Below are positions 46,284 to 55,229 of a stretch of 64,000 bases of DNA, one piece after another (within the stretch, counting starts at the first letter, position 1; each line of letters opens with the position of its first letter). The translations under genes were made by a program, and so were the position numbers. The notes under the pieces were generated by a model. That model had not been told where the DNA came from, ran no database searches, and worked only from the letters and a program-made list of their open reading frames with translations. The stretch comes from a virus. Where the stretch lies: positions 32,001 through 96,000 of the IMG/VR virus record IMGVR_UViG_3300024348_000001; one strand, given 5' to 3'.

Positions 46284-46504
46284 TTATTGTAATTTGCCTT
46301 GATGTAATCCATCAGTAACGTCTCAAGCCAATGCACTTCTTCCAATGCTTCTATGACCGACGACGTCCAATCCACGCTTTGGACTGCGTTTCTGTCGTTG
46401 GCCATTTTCTTTAGGTCTTTTTCGGTAAATGCCGTTTCGGCAATTTGCTTTAAATCAATCTCTACAAATTGCTCGGCCATTAGCGTCCTCCGTCGGCGAT
46501 ACAA
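46280..46504 (-). CDS. Small acidic hypothetical protein
   Basis: Packed ORF; true start probably the internal Met (MAEQ). Confidence 0.6.
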   Translation of the reverse strand: MYRRRRTLMAEQFVEIDLKQIAETAFTEKDLKKMANDRNAVQSVDWTSSVIEALEEVHWLETLLMDYIKANYNK

Positions 46505-46683
46505 ATTATGATTGTCGAATGAACGCTAAAGTCGGCGCACGCTAACTTATCGCCTACTTTTGCGTTTTTTACCCACGCTTGGACAGTTACTTTGTCGCCG
46601 CCAAAGTGTTTTAAGACATGAGACGTATTTACCGTTGCAACGGCGTCTCGTCCAGACATGTCTTTCAACAAAAACATCTTCAC
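46480..46683 (-). CDS. Small hypothetical protein
   Basis: AAGGAG RBS plus upstream motif. Confidence 0.65.
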   Translation of the reverse strand: MKMFLLKDMSGRDAVATVNTSHVLKHFGGDKVTVQAWVKNAKVGDKLACADFSVHSTIIICIADGGR

Positions 46684-46695
46684 GGTGATCTCCTT

Positions 46696-46707
46696 ATAAG
46701 TACTTAT
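46696..46707 (-). promoter_or_regulatory. ATAAGTACTTAT 12-bp palindrome
   Basis: Intergenic; core lies 13 nt upstream of GTG 46683. Confidence 0.55.
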
Positions 46708-46711
46708 GCGT

Positions 46712-46933
46712 TCAGTTCTTAGCTCGCCATCTATCGAGTAATCGCTGCGCGCGTTCTGTCAACGCTGCGTGTTTAACCGCAGGCAATCTGCTGTTTTCCC
46801 ACGCTCCTAGTTCTTCTTCTGACGCTTCTTTGTATCGATCACTGTCGTGGATAGTTACGTACCCATCTACGGCATCTACGTTAGCAGGAGCGAATGATCC
46901 AAAATTGCTAATGTGGTAAGTCCTTGTTTTCAT
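46712..46933 (-). CDS. Small hypothetical protein
   Basis: 73 aa ORF. Confidence 0.55.
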   Translation of the reverse strand: MKTRTYHISNFGSFAPANVDAVDGYVTIHDSDRYKEASEEELGAWENSRLPAVKHAALTERAQRLLDRWRAKN

Positions 46934-46946
46934 ATGCCTGCCTACG

Positions 46947-46975
46947 AAAAGGCCCGGGGTAGTGTGCCCCGGGCC
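46947..46975 (-). terminator. Rho-independent terminator
   Basis: GGCCCGGGG/CCCCGGGCC stem followed by TTTT on the minus strand. Confidence 0.75.
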
Positions 46976-46980
46976 GTGTA

Positions 46981-47150
46981 ACTCTCACACCAGAGTTTAT
47001 TTAAACGCAAATAAGAAACGGTTGTTGTCAGAGCATCAAGACCGGTTCCTGTCTCGATTGTGTTGGTATGTCTGTCTAGCCGTTAGGATTGCCAGCGTTA
47101 AACAACAGACATCGTAGTGACGTTATGACTCGTCCGCTCTGACAGCGGGT
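46981..47150. ncRNA. Candidate structured RNA
   Basis: ORF-free gap with several stems (see findings); family not recognised. Confidence 0.3.
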
Positions 47151-47191
47151 AGAATAAAACAAGACCCCGCCCAACCAGTACGCAAAGTGTA

Positions 47192-47332
47192 TCAGAATTC
47201 GTTACGTTCGTCTATTAGGCGATCAATCGATTCGTCGTATAAGGCTTCGTCTTCTTGTTCCAATTCGTCCATTTCTTCTTCCGAATATTCTAGATAATCA
47301 TCGGGTGGATCAATCGGCTGCTCAGGTCCCAT
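47192..47332 (-). CDS. Very acidic 46-aa protein (not in the ORF track)
   Basis: Hand translation MGPEQPIDPPDDYLEYSEEEMDELEQEDEALYDESIDRLIDERNEF; overlaps the upstream stop. Confidence 0.6.
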   Translation of the reverse strand: MGPEQPIDPPDDYLEYSEEEMDELEQEDEALYDESIDRLIDERNEF

Positions 47333-47576
47333 GGCATTCCTCCCATCGAGCAATTGTGGTTAAGTTAATAGGCCGGCGTTTGACGACACCGGCCTTTGGT
47401 GGTATTGCGCAGTATTGGTGCTTAGATACCTTGAGTTGCAGTTCTGACAATAGCCGTTGCGCGTCGTTCAAATACTCGTCAATCAACACGGGGCCAAAGT
47501 AATCGTCATCTCCGTGAAACAAATCGATTACTTTGTCTACGCACCTCCGGATCTCTTGCAGTTCTTCGGAAGTCAT
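47322..47576 (-). CDS. Hypothetical protein
   Basis: 84 aa ORF with RBS. Confidence 0.6.
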   Translation of the reverse strand: MTSEELQEIRRCVDKVIDLFHGDDDYFGPVLIDEYLNDAQRLLSELQLKVSKHQYCAIPPKAGVVKRRPINLTTIARWEECHGT

Positions 47577-47586
47577 ATCACCCCCG

Positions 47587-48885
47587 TCAATCTTTTTCCC
47601 ACAACTTGATAGCGTCCAGATTCACAGCACGCCTTACTTTCTTCACGTCATCGGCCTGTTCAAGCAACGTTTCCACGCTGCTGGTCAGTGCCGTAGCCAA
47701 AGACTTACGGAAACTCTTGCTTTGCTTGATCTCGTGAGCGATCTCTTCGCTACGCCCACCGACACGACTAAACTGTGCCCGGATTTGATCCAAGGCAGCA
47801 TCCATCTGAACGCCTTGCGCACCCAACATGGATCGGATGTGACCGAAGCCATTCAGCTTTTCCATGATGTGCTGGATGGTCGAAGTGGTGATACGCTTGC
47901 GCTCTTCCGTTTCGACAGGACAGAACCGTGTCTTGAACGTTTCTGTGGGCATCGTCAAGACTTCGGTAACTTTCTTGTCGCCATCCACGGCGTACTTCAA
48001 CTCGACCGTGATGTTGTCTCCGCTAACAGTCTGCCGCACGACTTCGGCGTTAGTGAAGCGGACAATTTCAGTATCCATCTCGTGTGGATGGACTCGTGTT
48101 CGTTGCACCAATTGATTGGCCAACGTTTCAAAAGCCGTCTGCAACTCCGACGTGATATAGTCGGTGGCAGTCTGGATTGTACGGTCAATTTCCGAAGCGA
48201 CACGGGAGCACTCCCGTTGGTAGATTGCGGCTGGTAATCGTACGGATGGCTTGTACGCCGTGTAGACAGGATCGCTTACAGTGATGACCTGCCGCAAGTT
48301 ATCTGGGTAGTCACGGAGGTTGAACTGATCTCCAAGGCGTTGACGGTCAAGATCTAGAATGGAATCCCAGACTGTACCGTCAACATCAGTATACGGAACA
48401 TTAAGATGCTCCGTCACCCGATCTGCCGCTGAGTACAGTTGGTCTCGTCGCAAGAAGAAACCGCGCTCGAACTCTTCCATGTCTTCGACGCGGATCAGCC
48501 TGACGCCGCCTTCGATGGTGGTGTCGTTAGCTGCATTAGCCTTTACGATTGTGAAAGCATCTCGCCATGCGTGGATATTACGCCGACAGGTGCTCAATTC
48601 ACTCAGCAAAGGATGTCCTGACGTGAGCAACTTTTTGCTGACACCGAAACCTTTGCTTTCCCCGGACACTACCGAGACCATCTGGAATTTAGTCTTGGCA
48701 TCGACCTGTTTCGATTGAGAAAACCAAGAACATGCGTACGTAACTTCCTGACAGTTCAAAGCAATATTAGTAATCGTGGCTGCGTGCTGGTTTGGACTAA
48801 TCGTTGGCTTGGTCTCATCGAAATTGAAACTCATCTGCTCGGATCCTGTTGTGATAGTGCTCATACGTTTCTTTCTCCAGTTCAA
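47587..48885 (-). CDS. DUF3150-like protein usually associated with the AAA cassette
   Basis: SKKLL...HP...GVRLI..RLGDQFN..DYP..YQREC.RV pattern recalled from planctomycete mobile elements. Confidence 0.55.
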   Translation of the reverse strand: MNWRKKRMSTITTGSEQMSFNFDETKPTISPNQHAATITNIALNCQEVTYACSWFSQSKQVDAKTKFQMVSVVSGESKGFGVSKKLLTSGHPLLSELSTCRRNIHAWRDAFTIVKANAANDTTIEGGVRLIRVEDMEEFERGFFLRRDQLYSAADRVTEHLNVPYTDVDGTVWDSILDLDRQRLGDQFNLRDYPDNLRQVITVSDPVYTAYKPSVRLPAAIYQRECSRVASEIDRTIQTATDYITSELQTAFETLANQLVQRTRVHPHEMDTEIVRFTNAEVVRQTVSGDNITVELKYAVDGDKKVTEVLTMPTETFKTRFCPVETEERKRITTSTIQHIMEKLNGFGHIRSMLGAQGVQMDAALDQIRAQFSRVGGRSEEIAHEIKQSKSFRKSLATALTSSVETLLEQADDVKKVRRAVNLDAIKLWEKD

Positions 48886-49148
48886 ACTTCTTCGGTAACA
48901 AACGACACTGCCTGATCAAGAGCTGCGCGCGCTTGATCTGTGGCTTCGTTATCATCTTCTCTGTACGTAGCCCACATGACTTTGAGGGCTTCTAACAAGA
49001 CAGGTGCTGCTGCAATTAATCGGGCATTGTCAAAGGCTTCCAAAGGATGATTGACAATGTGGGCCACTGCTTCCCCTTCGGGATCATTTACCGGACCAAC
49101 GGCTAGTACGAATCCGTCCTTGAAACTCCACGGACCGGGCGTATGCAT
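48882..49148 (-). CDS. HTPGPW...NARLIAAAP family phage protein
   Basis: Diagnostic motif; start reset to ATG 49148 behind GGAGG. Confidence 0.75.
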   Translation of the reverse strand: MHTPGPWSFKDGFVLAVGPVNDPEGEAVAHIVNHPLEAFDNARLIAAAPVLLEALKVMWATYREDDNEATDQARAALDQAVSFVTEEV

Positions 49149-49160
49149 AAGAACCTCCGC

Positions 49161-49194
49161 AAAGTGGGCCGGGCAAAGTTTATCCCGGCCCACT
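49161..49194 (-). terminator. Terminator-like hairpin
   Basis: 11-bp stem AGTGGGCCGGG/CCCGGCCCACT just after the AAA gene stop. Confidence 0.65.
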
Positions 49195-49204
49195 ACGAGT
49201 ACTG

Positions 49205-50974
49205 TTATTCACCACGAAGCCGACGACGCCCTGTAATAGGCGGTGTCGTGGTTTCCGTTGTCGCTGTGGCAGCTACCTTGAACAGCTTGCCAGTTGAAGC
49301 ATCTAAAGCGCATTCCGAAGCCCATTTATCGAGCTTGCCAATTTGCTTTGCCGCAGACACAGCAACAGGACGGATACGCTGCTGAGTCTCGGACAAAGGC
49401 TCGGCCAACCTGCAAGCCAGACGACACGCTGAACGGATCTCGGCAGGAGTCCATCCCTCGTCGTTCACGATGTAGCCTTGCACAGCACGACCTAGAACAT
49501 CATCAAGCGCCGTGATTTGTGCAATGTATCCGTCACGCCCAGCTTTATCTTTAACCAACAACGACATTGCAATCCTTTGAGCAAAAGCCCCAATATCCTT
49601 TCGTTTGGCTTTGTACTCCTCGATGATTCCGTCCACATCTGCTTCAAACTTGCGGGCGTTTGGCACTCCGGCGATCGTCGCAGGGAAGAAGCGCTTGAGG
49701 TAAATGTTCCATACCTCAGCCCGTTGCTTATCGTCAGGAAGTCGAACATAGAAAATAGCATCGACACGTTCGGCACGAGTAAACGCCTCGTGCATGTTAC
49801 TGATGTCATTCTCGGTGAACACCCAGAAGATTGACTCTTTGATGTCATTCATCTGGGTCAAGAACGTACCCAACATGCGGCTGCCGACACCGCCGTCACG
49901 GTCACCACCTGCGGCTGGCATGACCTTGGACACCTCGTCGATGATCACGACGCACGGGGACATAGCTTTGCACACCTGAAAGAACTTACGAGTGTTCTTC
50001 TCGGTCTCGCCCACCAAACCACCCATCAAGTTGCCGGGATTAGCCAGCAACGTAGGAATGCCAAACTCGTTGCCCGTTGTCTGGGCGATCAGAGACTTAC
50101 CAGTACCGGGAGGACCAACCAGCACAATACCCTTAGCTCGGGCATCTTTATCAATTGCGTCCATGGGGTTAGGCGCCAGCAACTTGCGCAGGAAACCCTT
50201 GACGCCTTCATTACCACCGACATCGGCATACTTGAGACGCGTGTCCAGCAACTCGACCAGACCGTCCTGATTGAGAATCTTGGCTTTGTACTGCCAGACA
50301 CTTTCAGGCGGCACTTCCTTGTGCTCTACATAAGCCGCAGCGAATACTCCTTCGGCCTGTAGCCGCGTCATGCCCAACGCAGCCTTGATGGCCTTGGTGA
50401 CCCGTTCTGGATCAACTGTAGTCAACACCCCTACAGTGTTGTCGTAGATCTCCTTCAATTCGGCTTCGTCGGGCAACTGGTGATTAACGGCGTGGAATAA
50501 AGGAGCCACCTCCTCAGGGAGTTTGGTCCCCGGAGGACTAACAACCACAATGGCTTTTTGGAACTCCTTGCCGATTGGGCAGAAGTTCTGAATGGCGGCA
50601 GACAAGCGATGGCGCTCGGCAGTCAGAGACAGGTGACCATTCTTCAATACCAGAATCGAAGGCAAGAGAGGTTGCTCTGCGCCTTCCTCTGTGCTGGTGT
50701 TGAACTTATCGTAAAGTGGCCCGTCCTTGACCATGCCATTGATCAAGTCCACGGGTGATTCTTGTCCACCGCGATTGAGCATCACCGCAGCGTCATCGCC
50801 TTCAGTCTTTTTGCCGTGGAGGCCCTTGTGGGCGTCCCAGATCATAAGATTCCATTGTCGCTTACGGCAGACATTGGTAATCGCAGCGATTGCGTCCTCG
50901 ATCTCGTCCGTATGGACGAAGATTGCGGGCTGACAGGCGTAAATGGCGGTCTTGAATTCGTTGGTCAGGCTCAT
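49205..50974 (-). CDS. AAA+ ATPase (Ycf46-like)
   Basis: GPPGTGKS, IIDEV, GVGSRMLGTFL and RAERVDAIF motifs; start reset to ATG 50974. Confidence 0.85.
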   Translation of the reverse strand: MSLTNEFKTAIYACQPAIFVHTDEIEDAIAAITNVCRKRQWNLMIWDAHKGLHGKKTEGDDAAVMLNRGGQESPVDLINGMVKDGPLYDKFNTSTEEGAEQPLLPSILVLKNGHLSLTAERHRLSAAIQNFCPIGKEFQKAIVVVSPPGTKLPEEVAPLFHAVNHQLPDEAELKEIYDNTVGVLTTVDPERVTKAIKAALGMTRLQAEGVFAAAYVEHKEVPPESVWQYKAKILNQDGLVELLDTRLKYADVGGNEGVKGFLRKLLAPNPMDAIDKDARAKGIVLVGPPGTGKSLIAQTTGNEFGIPTLLANPGNLMGGLVGETEKNTRKFFQVCKAMSPCVVIIDEVSKVMPAAGGDRDGGVGSRMLGTFLTQMNDIKESIFWVFTENDISNMHEAFTRAERVDAIFYVRLPDDKQRAEVWNIYLKRFFPATIAGVPNARKFEADVDGIIEEYKAKRKDIGAFAQRIAMSLLVKDKAGRDGYIAQITALDDVLGRAVQGYIVNDEGWTPAEIRSACRLACRLAEPLSETQQRIRPVAVSAAKQIGKLDKWASECALDASTGKLFKVAATATTETTTPPITGRRRLRGE

Positions 50975-50984
50975 GCTTCTCTCC

Positions 50985-51016
50985 AAAAGAAAGGGTCCCT
51001 GCAAAAACAGGGACCC
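50985..51016 (-). terminator. Rho-independent terminator
   Basis: GGGTCCCTG/CAGGGACCC stem followed by TTTCTTTT on the minus strand. Confidence 0.7.
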
Positions 51017-51047
51017 GTGACGTGTAACTAATTCCTACTAATCGAAC

Positions 51048-51245
51048 TTATATCTGCTGCTGATTCTCTACTCTTTTCTCGAGGAAGCTTGGCTCGACGG
51101 CCTCTGCCGTGTCGTGGCCGTCAAGTGCACCTTGACGCCGCAGATACGGAGCCATGGCCTTGCGGCAAAGATTGCCGCCAAAGCCTTGCGCTTCTTTACT
51201 GATTGAACCGTCGATACCGTACTTTGTTACAATTACCGGTTCCAT
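51048..51245 (-). CDS. DUF2997-like protein
   Basis: IDGSI..EAQGF.G..C pattern. Confidence 0.65.
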   Translation of the reverse strand: MEPVIVTKYGIDGSISKEAQGFGGNLCRKAMAPYLRRQGALDGHDTAEAVEPSFLEKRVENQQQI

Positions 51246-51254
51246 TGTCTCTCC

Positions 51255-51752
51255 TTAGCTGAGTCTTGCTTCCGCAGGTTTGGTATGCGACACATAGCTG
51301 CCGTCCGGTTGGCGAATAAACTCAATTTCATCGCCCAGTTGTTGTGCCGCAATAGCATCGGACGCCATGCGGTAGTGCATCTGCAATAGCGGCGCAATTG
51401 TTTTCTCATCGCGCCCGTCTTTGCTCTGACTAAACACCGGGTGGCCGATTACATCGTGCAAGCCAAACCCGTTTTTCCACTCATCGTACTTAATCAAGTA
51501 CGACCCTGCGTTTTCCGGGTCGGGCACGATGCCGACCTCGTACGGATCAAGCCCGTGTTTTTCTTTGATAAGCCGGGCTTGTTCTGCTGAACAAGACAAT
51601 ACCATGACCGCATCATTGCAATCGTGGTGTGCTCGATACGTTGCACGGTCATGAACGGTCATTCCCATTAATCGCGCGGCCATTCTTACCGCATTCAAAT
51701 CCGTAATGAGTGGCCGCCCTTTGATACTCTTACCAGTTACCATGAACGACAT
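51255..51752 (-). CDS. DUF1257-like protein
   Basis: ITDL.A..A...G...YEVG......Y...YD.W...L.Q.Y; synteny with DUF2997-like and AAA genes. Confidence 0.6.
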   Translation of the reverse strand: MSFMVTGKSIKGRPLITDLNAVRMAARLMGMTVHDRATYRAHHDCNDAVMVLSCSAEQARLIKEKHGLDPYEVGIVPDPENAGSYLIKYDEWKNGFGLHDVIGHPVFSQSKDGRDEKTIAPLLQMHYRMASDAIAAQQLGDEIEFIRQPDGSYVSHTKPAEARLS

Positions 51753-51806
51753 ACAATCCTCCAGCCTTGATTAGGCAATGTTTATTCGTTGTGCCGGGGT
51801 TAAAAT

Positions 51807-52037
51807 TCAGTCAGTTTCGTTAAAGAAATTTGCGACATCATCATCAGTGTCAGGATCAATGTCGGGACGGGTGTTACTAATAATCTCTTGTTCAAACTCT
51901 TCTATAAGCTCTGCAACTGTATCGTGGCGTACTGATAATTTTTCAACTAAGAAACTCATGACCTTACGCGTATCCCAACCCATAGCGACCATTGCGGCGG
52001 ATAAGACTTCGCTTAGCGTATTGTCAGTGATAGTCAC
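51807..52037 (-). CDS. Small acidic hypothetical protein
   Basis: 4-nt overlap with the upstream gene. Confidence 0.55.
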   Translation of the reverse strand: MTITDNTLSEVLSAAMVAMGWDTRKVMSFLVEKLSVRHDTVAELIEEFEQEIISNTRPDIDPDTDDDVANFFNETD

Positions 52038-52759
52038 GAGGTTACTCCCTTATGTAGAAGCTGTTGTAATTTTTTAACAATCTCGTCTGTCGAACCTTGC
52101 TTTAGTTGAAGCGCGGATAATTGTTCCATCAGTTCTTGCAGACAAAGACGCAGTGTTGCTTCTACTGCGTCTTTTTTTCCTGTCTGCACGTCGTTAACAG
52201 CTGCAAACATTTCCGGGTCATCTGTGAAATCGTATGACACGGTTTTGGCGTAATCTTTGACGGCAAGTCGCAATACATCTGGGGCCTGCACAAAACCTTG
52301 TTCGTCCAGTATGAATGCGATGTATCTGCGAATCTCAAGACAAAACAATTCATCGTCTTCGTCGGGTGGACTTAACAACAAAGCTTCTGTAATCGCCCAC
52401 GCACACTCCATGGCATCCGCAGGATCAAATTCATCGGGCTGGAAATCATCAAAGGCTAATACGTTGGCTAACTGCACAAACCTTGAAGCATTCTTAAAAA
52501 ACAAATCTGTCGTTACAACCGTAATTGCCGCAAGCAATCTGTCGTAATTTGCTTTTGGCAATTTAAGCGCAAAGTCGCTTTCAATTTCTAACCGAATCGT
52601 TTCTGGATGCCATGTAAGCAATTCTGGACCGTAATGATCAAGCCCCATGACAAGCAAAGTTGTGGCAAACGTTTCAGGATCTGTCCAAAGTTTTTTCCAC
52701 GTACTAAGTGTTTGTTGTGGGACGGTCAGGGTCGATCCCATGAGTATGCTGTCGTTCAT
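52034..52759 (-). CDS. Conserved large-phage hypothetical protein, possibly virion-associated
   Basis: WHPETIRLEIE..F..DPAD..E.AW.ITEA pattern recalled from large phages. Confidence 0.6.
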   Translation of the reverse strand: MNDSILMGSTLTVPQQTLSTWKKLWTDPETFATTLLVMGLDHYGPELLTWHPETIRLEIESDFALKLPKANYDRLLAAITVVTTDLFFKNASRFVQLANVLAFDDFQPDEFDPADAMECAWAITEALLLSPPDEDDELFCLEIRRYIAFILDEQGFVQAPDVLRLAVKDYAKTVSYDFTDDPEMFAAVNDVQTGKKDAVEATLRLCLQELMEQLSALQLKQGSTDEIVKKLQQLLHKGVTS

Positions 52760-53213
52760 TCTCTTGCTCCATCGCCAGAATGTATTCTTTCTTGCGATTG
52801 AATAGTTCTGTCACATTGCAAACGACAAGCGTCACAGGCGTTCGCGGTAATTCTTCTAATTTATCACCACTGGAAACTTCTAAGAACTTTTCTTCACCTG
52901 TCCAGCCAACGTATTTACCATCACAAACCGTCAAACCAAATGTTGTCATTGCGGCTTTAGTTTCGTCTTTCCAAACATTTAAACATTTTACCAGTTGCTC
53001 TCTGTAAGTGCTTATAATTATTTCCTGATCTGCATCTGAAAACAGACCAAGATGAATAAGCCACTCCAGCAAATAAATTAAAATTTGCGTTTTGTCGTCA
53101 AGCCCTTGTTTTAACTGGTCTTGCGTCAAATGCAAAAAACGGCGGCAAAATTGCTCAAACCTTGGATGGGTTAGAGTTTTTGCCGCCGTTAATACAGTTT
53201 TAGTTGGTGTCAT
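52704..53213 (-). CDS. Hypothetical protein
   Basis: 169 aa coupled ORF. Confidence 0.65.
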   Translation of the reverse strand: MTPTKTVLTAAKTLTHPRFEQFCRRFLHLTQDQLKQGLDDKTQILIYLLEWLIHLGLFSDADQEIIISTYREQLVKCLNVWKDETKAAMTTFGLTVCDGKYVGWTGEEKFLEVSSGDKLEELPRTPVTLVVCNVTELFNRKKEYILAMEQENERQHTHGIDPDRPTTNT

Positions 53214-53530
53214 CAGAATTTACGTGTTACCGGTACGTCGATGCGATAACGACTTGGCTGCCTGTCAGGATGAGTTGGTGGCAGTTCTGTATTGTTCATG
53301 TCAAGCACTATGCCCTGTGCGTTGACAGGATATGGCCCAATAACGTTGCCGTTAATATGTGTAAGCCCCATATGCGCTACGGAGGCAAGCGCAAAGTGCT
53401 TGGCCTCATTACCCGACAGCTCTTCCATCGCCTCTGCAAACTTTCCAATGCCATGATCACTCTCGACGACTACCGTACCACGCGACATGTCTGGGGTGTA
53501 GGACGTAGCGTTTTCAATAATCTTAAACAC
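53213..53530 (-). CDS. Hypothetical protein
   Basis: GGAG RBS; downstream of a sigma70-like promoter. Confidence 0.65.
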   Translation of the reverse strand: MFKIIENATSYTPDMSRGTVVVESDHGIGKFAEAMEELSGNEAKHFALASVAHMGLTHINGNVIGPYPVNAQGIVLDMNNTELPPTHPDRQPSRYRIDVPVTRKF

Positions 53531-53578
53531 AATTACTCCAATACATAAGAAAAAGGTTGGACTTGTCGCACCGAAAAT

Positions 53579-53606
53579 ATGATAAGTTCCCCAAATAAAT
53601 TGTCAA
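53579..53606 (-). promoter_or_regulatory. Sigma70-type promoter
   Basis: TTGACA (53606-53601), 16-nt spacer, TATCAT (53584-53579). Confidence 0.6.
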
Positions 53607-53661
53607 GCACGGTACTGCGTTTGAGCGCAATACCGTGCTTGGAATCAATTTATTTGGGGAA
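53587..53661. repeat. Long nested inverted repeat
   Basis: Perfect 16-bp outer arms (53587-53602/53646-53661) and 11-bp inner arms (53604-53614/53631-53641). Confidence 0.9.
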
Positions 53662-53668
53662 ACTCATT

Positions 53669-54019
53669 TTATTGTCTTCGGCGATATAGGGCGCCACGCA
53701 AGTGTAGCGTGGTGCCCAGAGCGATGATCTCAAGCAAGTGGACTAATTGTCCACAGCCTTGTTGCACTAGGCCATAGCCTAGTGCATAGATGATTAGCAT
53801 CGTAAACCAAATCCCAAATCCGCTGACTGGGACTTGTTCTACATCCGGTCCAAAATTTACGTTTATCGGGGCCGGGGTGTAGTTATACACCACCGACGGA
53901 GTTGTCGGTGGTGTTGCGATGATAATATCGTCATGAACTGGTGGCTTCTGTGCCACCGCTTTTGTCGGCTCCTCGATTAGATCGAGGAAGTTGAAACTCC
54001 TGCGAGGCACAATGGCCAT
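53669..54019 (-). CDS. Pro-rich membrane protein
   Basis: AGGAGG RBS; two C-terminal hydrophobic segments. Confidence 0.6.
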   Translation of the reverse strand: MAIVPRRSFNFLDLIEEPTKAVAQKPPVHDDIIIATPPTTPSVVYNYTPAPINVNFGPDVEQVPVSGFGIWFTMLIIYALGYGLVQQGCGQLVHLLEIIALGTTLHLRGALYRRRQ

Positions 54020-54096
54020 AGGTCCTCCTTGCTCATCTCGTTATAAATAAACGGGATGCAAAGAATATGACGCGTTTTTGCCTTGGATTTAGGCTG

Positions 54097-54408
54097 TTAA
54101 AATACCAGCGTAAGGATTTTACCGTCGCCAGAACGGTATGTAATTCTTAACTCTTTCGTGTTAAGCATTTCCTTAAGTTTACGTTTACGCTCACTGTCCA
54201 ATCCTGCCACAGATTTTTTAGCTGCTGCAAAAACATTCGCTGTTTTATTTCGGTTGCATCCACCGCAACCACCACGAGGAACGGTTCTTAATTGCTGCAA
54301 GAATGGAAACTCTTGTACAAACGCGTCATTAGCAGCCATAGAGGCTAAAGTGCTGTCTTCTATAACAACCATTTTTTTGCGGTTATCTGTAGACATACCA
54401 CACCTCAC
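54097..54408 (-). CDS. Small basic protein with CxxC
   Basis: GGCGGC motif; coupled to the upstream gene. Confidence 0.65.
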   Translation of the reverse strand: MRCGMSTDNRKKMVVIEDSTLASMAANDAFVQEFPFLQQLRTVPRGGCGGCNRNKTANVFAAAKKSVAGLDSERKRKLKEMLNTKELRITYRSGDGKILTLVF

Positions 54409-54860
54409 GAGTTAGAGAATGAATCTGATAGGGACTGTGACGGATTTGGCGCCGACGCATCACCTACAGTAACTTCTTCCACCAAAGACAATACATCTAA
54501 TTTTTTACTGGACGTGATTAGCGCTTGAGTCATTGCTACGATTCGTGTCCATGCGTCATCTGCCAACGTGATGGACGGAAAATCAAGTTCAAGCATATTA
54601 CTACGGAAAAACGGATATGTTGTGGTTTCGTCCGGTTCATCGACAGGATAAACTTCCATGTCGTAAGGGCTGGCAATGGTTTGAAACATATCTGACGTTT
54701 CACCAGTATGCGGATTAAGCGGTGACCTTAAAAAGACAAAGATGTTGGCGTCAATGTTGGTTGCGTCGGTTACAACAATTCTTAGACGCACAGCAGCATT
54801 TTGCTTGTACTGCACTTCTTGTGATTGATACCGTTGCAGTTTCAGGCTTTTGTCGGACAT
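54405..54860 (-). CDS. Hypothetical protein, possibly structural
   Basis: 151 aa, AGGAG RBS. Confidence 0.7.
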   Translation of the reverse strand: MSDKSLKLQRYQSQEVQYKQNAAVRLRIVVTDATNIDANIFVFLRSPLNPHTGETSDMFQTIASPYDMEVYPVDEPDETTTYPFFRSNMLELDFPSITLADDAWTRIVAMTQALITSSKKLDVLSLVEEVTVGDASAPNPSQSLSDSFSNS

Positions 54861-54869
54861 GAGCTACTC

Positions 54870-55229
54870 CTAGAAACGCAACACGCGCGAATTGTTTTCG
54901 GCATCTTTATAATACAACACCACCTCACGAATTTCCTGTTTGAGTCTTGCGCAGAAATATTGCTTTAACGGTTGAAGCACATCGGGATCTACGCGGTAAA
55001 CGGCATGTAACTGTTTACCTAAAGCGTTAACAGATTTATCCAATGCTTGTCGAATTGTTGTGCAACCGCTACAAGGATCTTCTTCCTGTCCCATGGCAAT
55101 ACGCAAAGCTCGGGCGTGACTTTCTTTACAAGGCTCCACTAAAGGCTCAAAACCGGGTGGCAGAGTTTTATAAAAATTGTCGTCACCAAACATTTGATAA
55201 AAGTGTGTTGTGTTTAATACAAGTTGCAT
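54870..55229 (-). CDS. Hypothetical protein with CxxC
   Basis: CSGC; TAATG coupling to the GT gene. Confidence 0.65.
   Translation of the reverse strand: MQLVLNTTHFYQMFGDDNFYKTLPPGFEPLVEPCKESHARALRIAMGQEEDPCSGCTTIRQALDKSVNALGKQLHAVYRVDPDVLQPLKQYFCARLKQEIREVVLYYKDAENNSRVLRF

Noticed and set aside
47533-48237. 234-aa plus-strand ORF and similar long shadows (e.g. 18879..19520, 11754..12307, 16503..17060)
   Set aside because: Fully antisense to well-supported genes
54042-54049. TATAAATA T4-like late promoter
   Set aside because: Only instance noticed, and on the non-coding strand
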